Shown: piece after piece, positions 11,770 to 24,240 of the stretch
How the letters are laid out: every line of letters begins with the position of its first letter
How positions within the stretch are numbered: position 1 is the stretch's first letter
Notes under the pieces: model-generated
Seen by the model: the letters and a program-made list of their open reading frames with translations, nothing else
What the model was told of the DNA's origin: nothing
Databases searched by the model: none
Position numbers and translations under genes: made by a program
DNA from: Schmidtea nova
Taxonomy: Eukaryota
DNA length: 64,000 bases
Direction: 5' to 3'
Assembly: GCA_044892505.1 (NCBI GenBank)
Contig: CM097883.1
Coordinates: 19,840,001-19,904,000, forward strand

Positions 11770-11965
11770 CTCTTGAATCCACTGAGATGTTCCGTCAATC
11801 ATAGATTCGATTTTTCCGACGCTCACTGTTTGCGGATATCGATCCATTTGTTTCATTATCAACGTTACATTGTGACAGGCAACAAGATAGGTAAACTAAT
11901 GTTTTATGTGTTGAGTTGTTGAGAGTCACAATTGACGATCATATTGACGATCAACAACCCGCCAG
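11770..11965. repeat. About 200-bp dispersed repeat, three copies (also 14205-14410 and inverted at 23150-23355)
   Basis: Shared core CAACGTTACATTGTGAC...GCAACAAGATAG and the flanking TATTGACG...CAACCC blocks. Confidence 0.8.
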
Positions 11966-14900
11966 AACATACACATATTATTTAGTAGAATTAAAAAAAT
12001 ATATTTAGAAAATAAATAAAATAAATTAGAAAAATAATTTTACTGGAAAATTTATAAATAATTCATTTATTAAAATAAATAATTAAAATATTAAAATAAA
12101 GATACAAATTAAATTATAAATATTTCTATTTAATGAACAGAATGCGTAGTTGAAACATAAAAATAGTATAAATAGACGCTGAAAAATCATAATTCTTTAC
12201 TTTTAACCATTATTATTGCGGACAGACAATAGAGTTTTGAACCAATCTACCAGCCAGTATTGATATTGTATTTACTTATTCAAGCGGAACGATTGTTACA
12301 AGTATGTTTTATTATTTTATATTGCTGGGGTTTAATAAAATTAGTCAAATACAAAAATAAAAACCACAAAAACTTAGTAAAAATCAATAAAAATTTAATA
12401 CTTTGAAAATCAATTAAAAAATCTAGAAAATTTGAAAATAACGATTTAGCGAGGGAAATTGGTATTGGTCTATGTCGAATATTGAGATAAATTCAAAAAT
12501 AATAAAATTAAATTAATGGGCGGTAACCAGAAGAAAAGAATTTTTAAAAATTAATTAATTAAGAGTTAGTTGGCTAATTGGAAACCAGAGCAAATGGGAA
12601 ACCCAAGACAATAGAGAGCGCAAATAGTGTGGGAAGCCCGGGTGGGCAGAACAGTGGCTTCACCAAGGCCAAGGTGTTTTTCAAATTAATGATATGCCCA
12701 GAATCTTATTGAATTTTTTTTAGAATTTAGTAATTGATTCGAAGACAAAGGTTTAAAATTCTTATTCATATTATTACAGTATCTTATCTGAATTTATAAT
12801 ATTGTATATAATGTTTACCTACTACTCACAAATATATTACCGTTATTGGACATATAATCGTAAAAACAATGATAAGCTGTCATCAAAAACACTAAAACAT
12901 GACTTAGATTTTGTTATACATTCATATAGTTTTTGAGTAATTTCTTGATAATGTATACATAAATGTCGGCAAAAATAGTAGAAGCTGGTAAAATGAAATA
13001 TAAAAAGCATAAATAGCCGAAAATTCGCTTAAAATATAATCAGAGACTAGAATTTAGCGCTTTTGATTCCGATTTGTTGATATTTTTTTCGACAATCCGA
13101 ACTTAAAAACGAAAATCTTTTGACGAAAGTTAGAATTTTATGAACAAATAATTATTGCATTAGGCCAGATTTAGCAGTGATAATGAAAAGAAGCAAAAGA
13201 AAAAAATCCTAAAATCAATTTTAGCAAATATTTATAAGAAAAAATTTGCCCGATTTTCACCCTATTCATTATGCCATATTAGCACCGGGAACAGCATGCT
13301 TCTCTGTAATATTGAATCATTTATTCAACGTTTTGTTGAGAATTGTGGCGTAATAAATGAATGATTGATAAAGCGATTGAATGCAGAAAATTTCCTTTTG
13401 TTTAGGAGTATTTTTGCCAAATAAATGGATGTGGTGGGTCAGATAAATCGAAATAACTTATTTTTCATAAACATTTCGGACCAAAATGATTTCAATTTAT
13501 GCAAATTTTCTTTAAGACGCCGTAGATTGGTCTATATTCTCCTCCAACTTGATCGTGGAAGCGCTAAACGAAAAGTATGAACCGAATTTCCCCAAAAATT
13601 CGCAAAGATTTGACTGTTGTTGGCCATGATTGTGATGATTGGTTTTGGTTTACATATTTATTTCTTGTATGTAACATGGATTATGGATCAAATCAAATAT
13701 TCTTTTTGGTTACCTATTTATAGCGAATATTATGAGTTTAAAAGGCTATATTAACATTTAAATGTAAAAATAATTTTAATATAATATTTTGTTTTAATTG
13801 TCGTATCTTATTATATTTTATTTTTGTATTATATTGTTATATTATTAAATAAATTTCATATATTAACAAGATTATCTTTTTGTTACATATTTGATCTTTT
13901 TTTAATATTTCTATCAATAATTACCATAATGGTAAGACTACAGATCAAAGTTTCTTTAAATAAATACACAATATTTTGGGACAGCCTTTTGATCTATAAT
14001 CTGACTATTATGGGAATTATTGATATTCATATATTAAGCCTATTAATTTGAATGTATAAGTGCAATAGGGAAACAGGAAACTTCAAATTTCACCAAAATA
14101 GATATCGTCAAATTATAAATGTGCTAAAGTGATTTTAATCAGCAAATCAGATGTAGTCATGATATATTCTGGGACTAAATCTTCTATTAAATCTTATATT
14201 GGTAGCCCTTGAACTCACTGTGATGTTCAGTCAATCATAGTTTCAAACTTTTGACGCTCATTGTTTGCGAACATCCACTCATTTGTTGCATTACCAACGT
14301 TACATTGTGACGAGCAACAAGATAGTTAAACTAAAATGTTATGTGTTGAATTGTTTTTAGGAGCCACAGCAACGTCAAGGTTATATTGACGGTAGACAAC
14401 CCACCAAAATTATAAAAATATCCCTATTGGAATATAGTAAAAATAACAAAGATAAGAATGAAAATAGAATTAAATTAAATTTGATTGTTTTAATCAATCA
14501 ATTAATGTACAAAAACAATGGATACACACATAATTAAATGGAATGAAAAACAAATATTTTAGAAAATAAATAAATCAAATAATAAAATTAAATTTACAAA
14601 AAATAAATAAATACTCACTTATAAACTAAAAAGTAAGTTTAAATTGTTATATCATTATTTAAATAACAACATTTGAGAGCGCCAGTAGATTTAGTATAAA
14701 TAGACGCTCAAAAATCAAATCTAAACTTATTTTTTTTGTAGTGAGTACGATTTTGTATTTCGCTAGCTAGTGGAGTGCATAAGTAGATTTGTCTTTCTTT
14801 TAAGTTGATGGAAAAAAAAATCTTTTTCAATTTGTAATTTGTATTGGGAGTAATAAATATTTGATTTTTTACGTTTATTTACATTTATTTACGGGTAATC

Positions 14901-14971
14901 CTTATAGAATCCTGGGTAAGATCTATAAGGGAAACCTCGTTAGTTGTTGAACACGAGGTTAACAACCTCTC

Positions 14972-15420
14972 TGTTACGACTCCTTCGGGGTTTGGCTGAT
15001 GCGGTAACTTTGAACTAAATTTGGGGGAATGGGATTACACATAGATCTTCATCATTTTAGTGAAAAATTTTAAAAATTGATATATAATATTTTAAGAATG
15101 AATAAAAGTAGATATGTAATAGTAAGGAGTAATAGATAGTTAAGATGTAATCATGCGATCGGACCGAAAAGTAAGCAGATATGTAAGTCCTTCTATAGGC
15201 AGCAGGAACCCGAAAGAGAGAATACAGTGATGAGTAGTTTCGGCAACTAAACTCACCTACTCACTAGATTCTCGCCACTGTGTACAGTATCAACATAGTT
15301 ATTCAGGGAATAACTATGGGTACACGAGTGAGGTGGATTAAAATTTATAATACGGCATAAGCTGTATTAATCTCTAGAAATCAGTAATAATTTTTATAAC
15401 AACCCCCATACCTCTCAACA
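14972..15420 (+). repeat. Solo-LTR-like remnant related to 36310-36455
   Basis: Starts TGTTACG and ends ...CTCAACA. Shares GGCTGATGCGG...TAACTTT...ACATAG with the TGTAACG-starting segment at 36310. No TSD found. Confidence 0.3.
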
Positions 15421-17088
15421 TTATTAATTTGTTAACTTGGTGTTTTTTTGATTATTTAAATTAGCTGCGTGCGCGACCTCTTCGTACTGTTTTACCGATG
15501 TTATTAGACGAAAATTTGTTGGGTCAAGTTGTTGCCCAACAGTTGTCATGTAATGAGAGCCAAGAGGAGAAAGTTTAAACTTATGTTGCATTTAAGTAGT
15601 TGAGTTAATTGCAAAAGAATTACATAGATTATTTATTAAATCAGCTACAAAACATCGATACTAGTACCCCTAACATTTGTAGCCATTAGAAAGCATAAAT
15701 TAGGAATTAGGAAATTTTTTCTTCGATATTTTCATGTTTATAATAATCCCAAATAACTTTAAATAATTCATTTAAATGTAAATATTTTATTTTTATTTGA
15801 TTTATTTTATAGCCTGATTTTAATTTAAATAACGGCAAAATAGTATTATTAAAATTTTTAATATAATGAATCTTTGTTTAAATGCCTACATTAAATAAAT
15901 CATGGCTAATTTATCAAATGAAATTTCTTCTCTTGATCAACTCTTTTCGATATCTTAGAATCAGAAAATGAAGTAGCTAAAAAACGCAAAGCGAAATCTT
16001 TAAGTAACTATTTTACTTATTTTAACATTTTATCTGTTACTATTTTGTTTTTACTATAAGGTCAGTCAAAGCTCAAATCGAAGCAGCAAAAATTGTACGA
16101 AATAACAATTTCTTACAATAATTTCAATTTGTTAGTTGTTTTTATTTTCTTGATTTATTATATAATGTTATAATGTATAAATGATAATTCAGATATAATC
16201 AGAGGTGAATTAATTTTAAAGGAAAAATAAATAAAATTACGCAATAAATTACAATTTAATATTTATTTAGAGAATAAATTAAAGGAAAATAACGAGGACA
16301 AGGTTAGAAAAGCTTTTCCTATTTATTGCCTATTTATTTCCAAATTTATTGTCAAGTGTTTAGTTTCACTGATTAAACTGCCTAAAAATATCACTTATAA
16401 TTATTAAGATCTTACTCTAAAATTAAAAATCTATTTAAATAATCCAATTGTAATAAATGTGAAGTTTTCAAATACATGTAAATGTTCGAATCTATAATTT
16501 AAATCCAGATAATAAATATTCATAATTTATTAAATTCCAACAAATACGATGTTGAGATATATGCTGAATATCATATTTCATTAAGATATTAATTAAACTT
16601 GGATTACTATATCAAATATATTGAGATTGATAATTTAATAGTTGATAGTGCTGGCCAATCATCAAAACGTCCCATATTGTGGAAAATTGTCTTTTTTAAA
16701 CATGTATCGCGTGTATAGGCACTAAATTTTAAGATAATTTAAAAGATTTAATATAATTTCCCTTGAAAGTTATTAAAAAATCATTTGTGGTTTTCGAATT
16801 TATTTATTAATTTGAAAATTTGTCTTTATTAGATTTAAAATTTTTCTGATCAGAACGATTTTTGGTTTTATAATAGGATCTCGATTTCTTGATTGGCTTT
16901 TCTTTTTAAAATTTACTTCTGTAATTTGGATTATAATTTCTCCTCTTTGGGTTAATTACTACCTTCCATACTTCAAGTCACTCAGACGCAACATACAAAT
17001 TACAACAATTTCAGAGAGACAATCGATTTATTTAATAATTTTTCAACTACACTGATCATAGCATTTTCATCGAGCTTTCCCAGGAACC

Positions 17089-19081
17089 TCAGAGGCTCCA
17101 ATCATGAGCGTATTCGCTATCGCTCCGTTGAATCTCGTTTGCGTAGTAGAAATCTGGGTTTGGATCCCAACACAATTTCCTTTTGTATAGAAAGACCTCT
17201 TGCCATTCGACACATGCTGCCCATGTTGAACTTTACTCGCCCGTGGCCGGTGCTCCAGTAGGCAAATTAGTATACGGGATCAGTTAGTCTCCGGTGACCA
17301 GATTCCGTGGTCGCTCCAAAATTATATATCCCAGACGGTGGATTTCGGACACTGCTATTGGCTGAATAGGCGACGCTCTAGTGTATGTCGCCAGAAAATT
17401 TAAAATAAAAAAATGAATTTTAAATTATAATTTAAAACTAAAAACATATATTTATTCAAAAATAAACTAAATAAGTATTAACAACAGTAACAATCAGATT
17501 TTTTATTCTAAATTATTTTAAATTATTTAAATTATTTTAAATTATTTAATTATTTTAAATTATTAAATTATTTAAAATTATTTAATTATTTAAAATTATT
17601 TTTAAAATTATTTTTATTTAAATTTATTTAAAATTTTCGGGCGACATACATATAAATTATTTTATAAATTATAAATTATTTATAAATTATAAATTATTTT
17701 AAATTATTATAAATTATAAATTATAAAATTATAAATTATATATTATATATAAATTATTTATAAATTATTTTATACACATAAATTATTTTAAATTTTTTAA
17801 AATTATTTAATTATTTAAAATTATTTAATTATTTAAAATTATTTAATTATTTAAAATTATTTAATTATTTAAAATTATTTAAAATTATTTTTTAAATTAT
17901 TTTATAAATTATAAATTATTTATAAATTATTTATAAATATTAAATTATTTTAAATTATTTTAAATTATAAATTATTATAAATTATTATAAATTATTATAA
18001 ATTATAAAATTATAAATTATAAATTATATATTATATATAAATTATTTATAGATTATAAATTATTTTATACACATAAATTATTTTAAATTTTTTAAAATTA
18101 TTTAATTATTTAAAATTATTTAATTATTTAAAATTATTTAATTATTTAAAATTATTTAAAATTATTTTTTAAATTATTTTATAAATTATAAATTATTTAT
18201 AAATTATTTATAAATATTAAATTATTTTAAATTATAAATTATTATAAATTATTATAAATTATTATAAATTATAAAATTATAAATTATATATTATATATAA
18301 ATTATTTATAGATTATAAATTATTTTATACACATAAATTATTTTAAATTATTTTAAATTATTTAATTATTTAAAATTATTTAATTATTTAAAATTATTTA
18401 ATTATTTAAAATTATTTAATTATTTAAAATTATTTAAAATTATTTTTAAAATTATTTTATAAATTATAAATTATTTATAAATTATAAATTATTTATAAAT
18501 TATAAATTATTTAAAATTATAAATTATAAATTATTATAAATTATAAATTATTTTATACACATAAGTTATTTTAAATTATTTAAAATTTTTTAAAATTATT
18601 TAATTATTTAAAATTATTTAATTATTTAAAATTATTTAATTATTTAAAATTATTTAATTATTTAAAATTATTTAATTATTTAAAATTATTTAAAATTATT
18701 TTTAAAATTATTTTTTATTTAAAATTATTTAAAATTTTCGGGCGACATACACTAGAGCGTCGCCGGCTGAAAATGGGTTAGCCATCGGGGTTTTTCAGAT
18801 GTTTCCTGCATTTCGATCAACCAATTCAATTTACCCAAAGAGGGTTGGCGGGTTTCTAGCGGCCAATGGAAGTCACCTTCCCATCGCAGCTTGATTCTCA
18901 GTAACTTTTCGCTGGAAAAGAATCCCAATAAATCGTGTGTTCTACGCCAATGGCGCAAATGTCTCTTTATGTCGTCCTGGAGTCGTTTTGGCGCGTCGTT
19001 TAACGCTAATATATTTAAAAATGAACGAGCGGGGTCATTCTTCCACTTCGCGTCTTTATAGAGGTTACGCCGAACTTTCAT
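17089..19081 (-). pseudogene. Unknown ORF family, copy A, split by a foldback MITE
   Basis: 18765-19081 joins 17089-17368 in frame after removing the MITE and one TSD: RHLRHWRRTH..LRWEGDFHWP..WLIEMQETSEKPRWLTHFQP|IAVSEIHRLGYIILERP..EVFLYKRKLCWDPNPDFY. Homologous to copy B. Confidence 0.75.
17369..18764. mobile_element. Foldback/Mutator-like non-autonomous element with an AT-only internal satellite
   Basis: TIR GGCGACGCTCTAGTGTATGTCGCC(A/C)GAAAATTTTAAA at both ends. 9-bp TSD GGCTGAATA/GGCTGAAAA (8/9). Interior of AAATTATTT and TTATAAA repeats. Confidence 0.85.
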
Positions 19082-19791
19082 GTTGATATTTCTAAAACAA
19101 CTGAGATATTATATTTATTTAATTAGGGGTTGGGATTTCGTCTCACTGTGTTCCTCATTCGCACCATTCATTAGACATTCTTTCATCACGGTACCTCATT
19201 TGCTCATCGATTTTATGGTATTTATCACTCTGCATTCTCTCATGCGCACTGTGCTGGTTGCTGTTTTTAGTGTTGGCTGGATCCAATCGGATCGCTGGTT
19301 TTTATATAATACATCATTTTTACCGATTGCATTCAATTTTTCTTGACTAATTTGATTATGGTATCAGCTCATCATTCGACGTGCAACATACGTTTTTGGT
19401 TATTTTGAAATTTACAGTCAATCCAAGTTCTCATCTCTGGCTTCATCAGACTTCGTTATACAACATTCGATCAATCATAACTGTCATTTACAATCATTCG
19501 TAGGGAATGTTCATTTCCCAGTTGCAATATATCTATTTCGGTGGGTACGTTTCAATGCTTCTATCGTCATGTCATTACGAGCGACTTGCATAATCAGTTC
19601 AAAAACTATCCACGATGCTATGTGCATTCCCACCGAGTTCCCTGAGTTTACCGAAAACTACGCCGCATTCACCATCACCCTGAATGATATGCGCTGAGAG
19701 GCCCTTTGGCGCCTTTCAGGTCCCGAGACCCTCCAGACGTGGTCTTAATGATTTTAGACATATTCATCATGAGAGCTCACATCAATTGAAT

Positions 19792-19962
19792 NNNNNNNNN
19801 NNNNNNNNNNNNNNNNNNNNNNNNNNNNNNNNNNNNNNNNNNNNNNNNNNNNNNNNNNNNNNNNNNNNNNNNNNNNNNNNNNNNNNNNNNNNNNNNNNNN
19901 NNNNNNNNNNNNNNNNNNNNNNNNNNNNNNNNNNNNNNNNNNNNNNNNNNNNNNNNNNNNNN
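19792..19962. other. Assembly gap (N run)
   Basis: 171 N bases. Confidence 1.
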
Positions 19963-20399
19963 AGACCCATAGACCGCCCCATTATCTCGAAAACGTACTT
20001 GGTTGAATCGTACCTTTCACGATTATTCCATTTGTCATAGTCAAGTTCGTTCGCTATGAATATTGTGTCATAAGAATCGAGGCCTTGACCTACTGTGGCT
20101 CTGATGAGTTTCTTAGTTATAGATGATAAATCATCCGCCATGGTTATGCCTGGGAACAAAGGGAGAAAATGCTCTTTGATTAAATGCTCAGTGATTACAA
20201 AATAAAGTTGAATCTCTCATGTCATCAATGAAAAGAATCTCTTTTCGTTCTTAAGTTCACGCTCTTTTGGTTTTAAACCAATTACCAAGTCCTCAGAGTT
20301 CAGTCCGTGTTCATTGAACTTAGTAAAAAATTCCCGCACATTCAAATCTTTATTTAGAAGTGACAACATCTCTTTTTCAATTCTTAGACCTCTTACTGC
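19963..20399 (-). pseudogene. L: Endogenous rhabdovirus-like L (RdRp) fragment, pre-motif A and motif A
   Basis: [53 protein letters not shown]...GQGLDSY...IANELDYDKWNNRER matches the vesiculovirus-type KERELK..RFFSLMS / GLTMADDL / DYEKWNNHQR region. One TGA at 20217-20219. Confidence 0.92.
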
Positions 20400-21748
20400 C
20401 TAGTGGGGTTCACTTGGTGGCGTTTCTCTGAGCCGAGACCCCTACCCGTAGCGTAATACCATCTGAGATTGGACTCACTACGCTGTTTTCATGGGTGTAA
20501 CTAATACTCGGTCTTTCTCCGTTATTTGTATTAGTCCACCGGCGCCTAAAAAAATCTTGGCATTTTCTCAAATCATTATCTCAATTAAATCTCAAATAAT
20601 TTCCGAATTCGAATCAAATATTTCATTATCTGAATTAATCTCAAAATTTCTCAAATAAAGCTCAATTTTCTTCATTTATTTCTCAAATATCTTAAATCTC
20701 ATTAATAATTTCCTTCCAAAACCCCAAGCAGGTTTCCTTCATATTCTCCTGACCTTTCCGTGGTCCTAGCAAACTAAACAAAACCTCTTAAATTTCAAAT
20801 CTCAATTTCTCAAATATTTTTTCAATTTTCTGATTTCTCTCTTTTACATGGCCATAAAATCATAATAACTCTTCAGGTACCTCATAAATTTATTCAACTA
20901 TTCTCTATTTTAACTATTCTTTTCCGGTTCTAAATCTTTACATCTCAAAATCTCTTCACTGTTACCAACTGTTTTCTTCGAATACTTGCTCTATTTCCAA
21001 TTCTCAAAATTTCTCGGCCGTATTCAATTATTTTCTTTGAATTATTCTACTATTCTCTTACTTTATCTATTCGTTTACATATTCTCAACTTTTACATTTC
21101 AATATTTCACCAAAAAACTTTTCACTGTTATTGATTGTTTTTTCTCAAATTGTTCTAATACTCAATTACGTATTCTAAAAACTTCTTTAATTGTATTTCA
21201 CAATTTTCCCTAGACTATTCTACTAATTTCTCAATTACTGCAGTAAAATCTTTTCTTATAATGTCGTTATCTATTATAATTATCAAAATTCGTTTTTCTA
21301 CTTTTTAAATTTTCCAAAATCTGCGACTAGGCTCATTTCTCACTCAGTTTTTACTCATTTTTCCTATCGAAATCAATATTTCTATGATAAACTTGTTTTT
21401 CGTTCTAATACTTATTCAAATGAAACCAATATAATAATAACGAAGATTTATAATAATAATGATAAGGAAAATTCAAAACGAAGAAGATAAAAGAAAAGAA
21501 AACCCTGTCACATTTTCCCATTTTCCTAGTGTTTGATTTTTCGACATTACCCATTTCTTGTTGTGTTCGACGATTTTTTTCTCAATTAATAATATCCCAG
21601 TGTTTTGATGTTTAGTCAATGGTTCACGATGACTGGATGCTCAACGAAGTTCGACAAGACTCAAGACATTTATTTTTCCAACGACAAGCTTTACGAATAA
21701 TATACGACAACTTTTTCATTTACTGTTTATTATTACACATTTTTTAAT

Positions 21749-22147
21749 TCACCAGAACACTCCTGGCAGTAGCACAAATGCCCACATGTGATGAGTAGAA
21801 CATTCGCTTCTCTTTGGCGACAACTCGATGTTTCGATTTATCAATTTTTCCAACTTGTCCATAATTTTATCGATTTTATCGATCCATTCTCGTATTTTCA
21901 CGTTGAAGCTCGGTTTTTTCAGTCGTAATCGTTGTAATTCGTAAATCGTCTCTAGTGAAATATCATTTGTTACTCCTGCAATTCCAACGATCACGACTAA
22001 ATTCTCAGATTGAGGCCTAGGTTTCAATAATAATTCATCTCTTTTTTCGTTTATCCGTTCGAGTTTCTCGCTTAACACCTCTAGTGGGTCATTTTTGAAA
22101 TCGAAAAACGACTCGATTCGTTGTAGAATCTGTTCAGTCGATTCCAT
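21749..22147 (-). CDS. Hypothetical 132-aa protein
   Basis: ATG ORF with helical, charged composition; no motif recognised. Confidence 0.35.
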   Translation of the reverse strand: MESTEQILQRIESFFDFKNDPLEVLSEKLERINEKRDELLLKPRPQSENLVVIVGIAGVTNDISLETIYELQRLRLKKPSFNVKIREWIDKIDKIMDKLEKLINRNIELSPKRSECSTHHMWAFVLLPGVFW

Positions 22148-22195
22148 CTAAAATATTTATGATGACCGATTTTTATAATAAATATTATTAATAAT

Positions 22196-22197
<2 letters not shown>

Positions 22198-22248
<51 letters not shown>

Positions 22249-22255
22249 TAATAAT
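22198..22255. repeat. (TAA)n microsatellite
   Basis: Direct reading of the sequence. Confidence 0.95.
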
Positions 22256-23607
22256 GCGCGGTTTATGCGGCAATTCATCCAATCATTACTTATTATACAC
22301 TATTACGTAATACTTATAATAAAAATATAATAAATCAGTTTAGTTTTATATTATTTTGCTAAAATACGGTATTTATGGCTAAAATAATAATAATGATAAT
22401 AGTTCTGATATCCATGCGATTATAAATACGTGGCGTTGCTGTTTTCTTCGGTCAAAACTCGGTGATTTTTCATATTTTTGGTTCTCTTAGCCGCGATTTT
22501 TCGCAAATTACAGTGCTTACCCACTTCCTACGCTTTATAAACATTATTTAATCATATTTCCGATTATCGGCTGCTCGTGGGGTTCAATGGTCGAGATTTT
22601 CCTATATTTTTACCAATCCGGCTTTACTTTTTATCCTATGCAATATTTGTCGTTTATTTGTATTAGACACCCTTATTTTACGCTCTATAGCCATTACTCG
22701 TTCTCATTTTCGATCATCGCTGCTCATGGGCTCAAAATTCGCTTTTTAACTTAAAATTTTTTTTCATTTTCATGGTGACTGCTTTAAATTTCTTGATTTT
22801 TTAAATTTTTCTAATTTTAATCCACAATGTTATCTTAAAACACTGTTTGCGATTTCTATTCTGATAAAATCATCATAATAATACTAATAATACAGATAAT
22901 AATAATAATAGAAATAATAATATTTTTAATTTTTGTTCTATTTTTGTTTTTTATATTGTAAATTTTCGAACTTTTTGCTGTTTTTATTTTTTTCCACGTA
23001 AAATTAGTTAAATCCCATTTTTTTCGTGAATTTTCATCTTTCCCCAACGAAAACAACTAATTAATTCAGCACAAACTCATTCTCATCATTTTCGATTATT
23101 TTTCCAAGCAAAACGACTATAATCCTGGCTGAGCCCCCAAATCTTTATATGGTGGGTTGTTGACCGTCAATATGACCGTGACGTTGCTATGGCTCACATC
23201 TACAACTCAACATGCAAAACATTAGATTAGCCATCTTGTTGCCCGTCACTATGTAACGTTGGTAATGCAACACATGGGTGAGTATTCGCAATCAGTAAGC
23301 GTCGAAAATTCTAAACTATGATTGACCATATATCTCCTGGGTCCAGGGGCTACCGATAGAAGGTTTAATGCCAATTTTGTCCCTTAATTCAATATTAATC
23401 CTACAATCCGCTGTTGAAGTTCCAGATGACGATTACAAGAAGGAAAGATCATGTCACTGAAGTTCATCTCAAGATCTATAACGAAGCATTAACAAACAGC
23501 TTAGCTGTAAATGTCGGAGCAAAAGGTCTTTGTCGTATAATAAAATTTCGTAATTTGCTGACTATCATTAGGCAACATTCATACGAACGCAAATACAGTC
23601 AGCACAT

Positions 23608-24240
23608 TCACTCAACGTAGGAGTAGCTCACTAAAATACAATACATATAATTAACCCGAAACAACAAAAATCGCGATCCACAATACGAATGTTTATTACT
23701 AGTCAGTGATAGATAAGTCGATTGTTTAGACTGACACTTTCCGGAGCAGCCCCAGAAATCGAGCCTCCTGACGCCGCTTTCGAGGGGCACGCACTCCTTT
23801 GCTGGGTCGCCATTTCTTTGGACGATCAGCAACAGCTTTGTTGATGGAACTTGTGTTGAGAATAAGTCGCTTGCCCCAACTGGGAACAACTCCAGGGCGG
23901 GGAATTCAGATTTCGGTTTCACTGCTGTGATGATTCCTGTGTCGATCTTTGCATTGGCGAGTTTCGCGTCCCGTTGCTTGACTGTCATCTTCAATGCGCG
24001 AAATTGGAGCGCATTTTCTGCGGAATGATTTTGCAGCATTTTTATCTGTTTCCGCATCTTCTCGGTGCCTTCCACGTTTGTCCACATGGACTCCACTTTG
24101 CGGCACAGTGCGCGGAATCTCTCCATTCTTTCGGTCATTCCCCGGAGTTTAGCGTACATCAACCTCTTTTCCTCTTCCATTTCAAATACACGGGCTGTCA
24201 GGTGACGTGTGATCCGGTGTACTCCCGTCAACTGCTCCAA
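23608..24240 (-). CDS. Hypothetical protein with an N-terminal coiled coil
   Basis: 210-codon ORF in a GC-richer island; heptad-like charged N-terminal half. Possibly a TE or viral accessory ORF. Confidence 0.45.
   Translation of the reverse strand: MEQLTGVHRITRHLTARVFEMEEEKRLMYAKLRGMTERMERFRALCRKVESMWTNVEGTEKMRKQIKMLQNHSAENALQFRALKMTVKQRDAKLANAKIDTGIITAVKPKSEFPALELFPVGASDLFSTQVPSTKLLLIVQRNGDPAKECVPLESGVRRLDFWGCSGKCQSKQSTYLSLTSNKHSYCGSRFLLFRVNYMYCILVSYSYVE

Noticed and set aside
19400-19791. Continuation of rhabdovirus L left of the gap (WRVSGPERRQR, IIQGDG)
   Set aside because: Only vague similarity to the GGLEGLRQK and QGDNQ motifs, with wrong spacing; unsupported without an alignment.
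20540-21400. Strongly purine-skewed minus-strand tract as a coiled-coil gene
   Set aside because: All frames contain many stops; the compositional skew alone does not identify a product.
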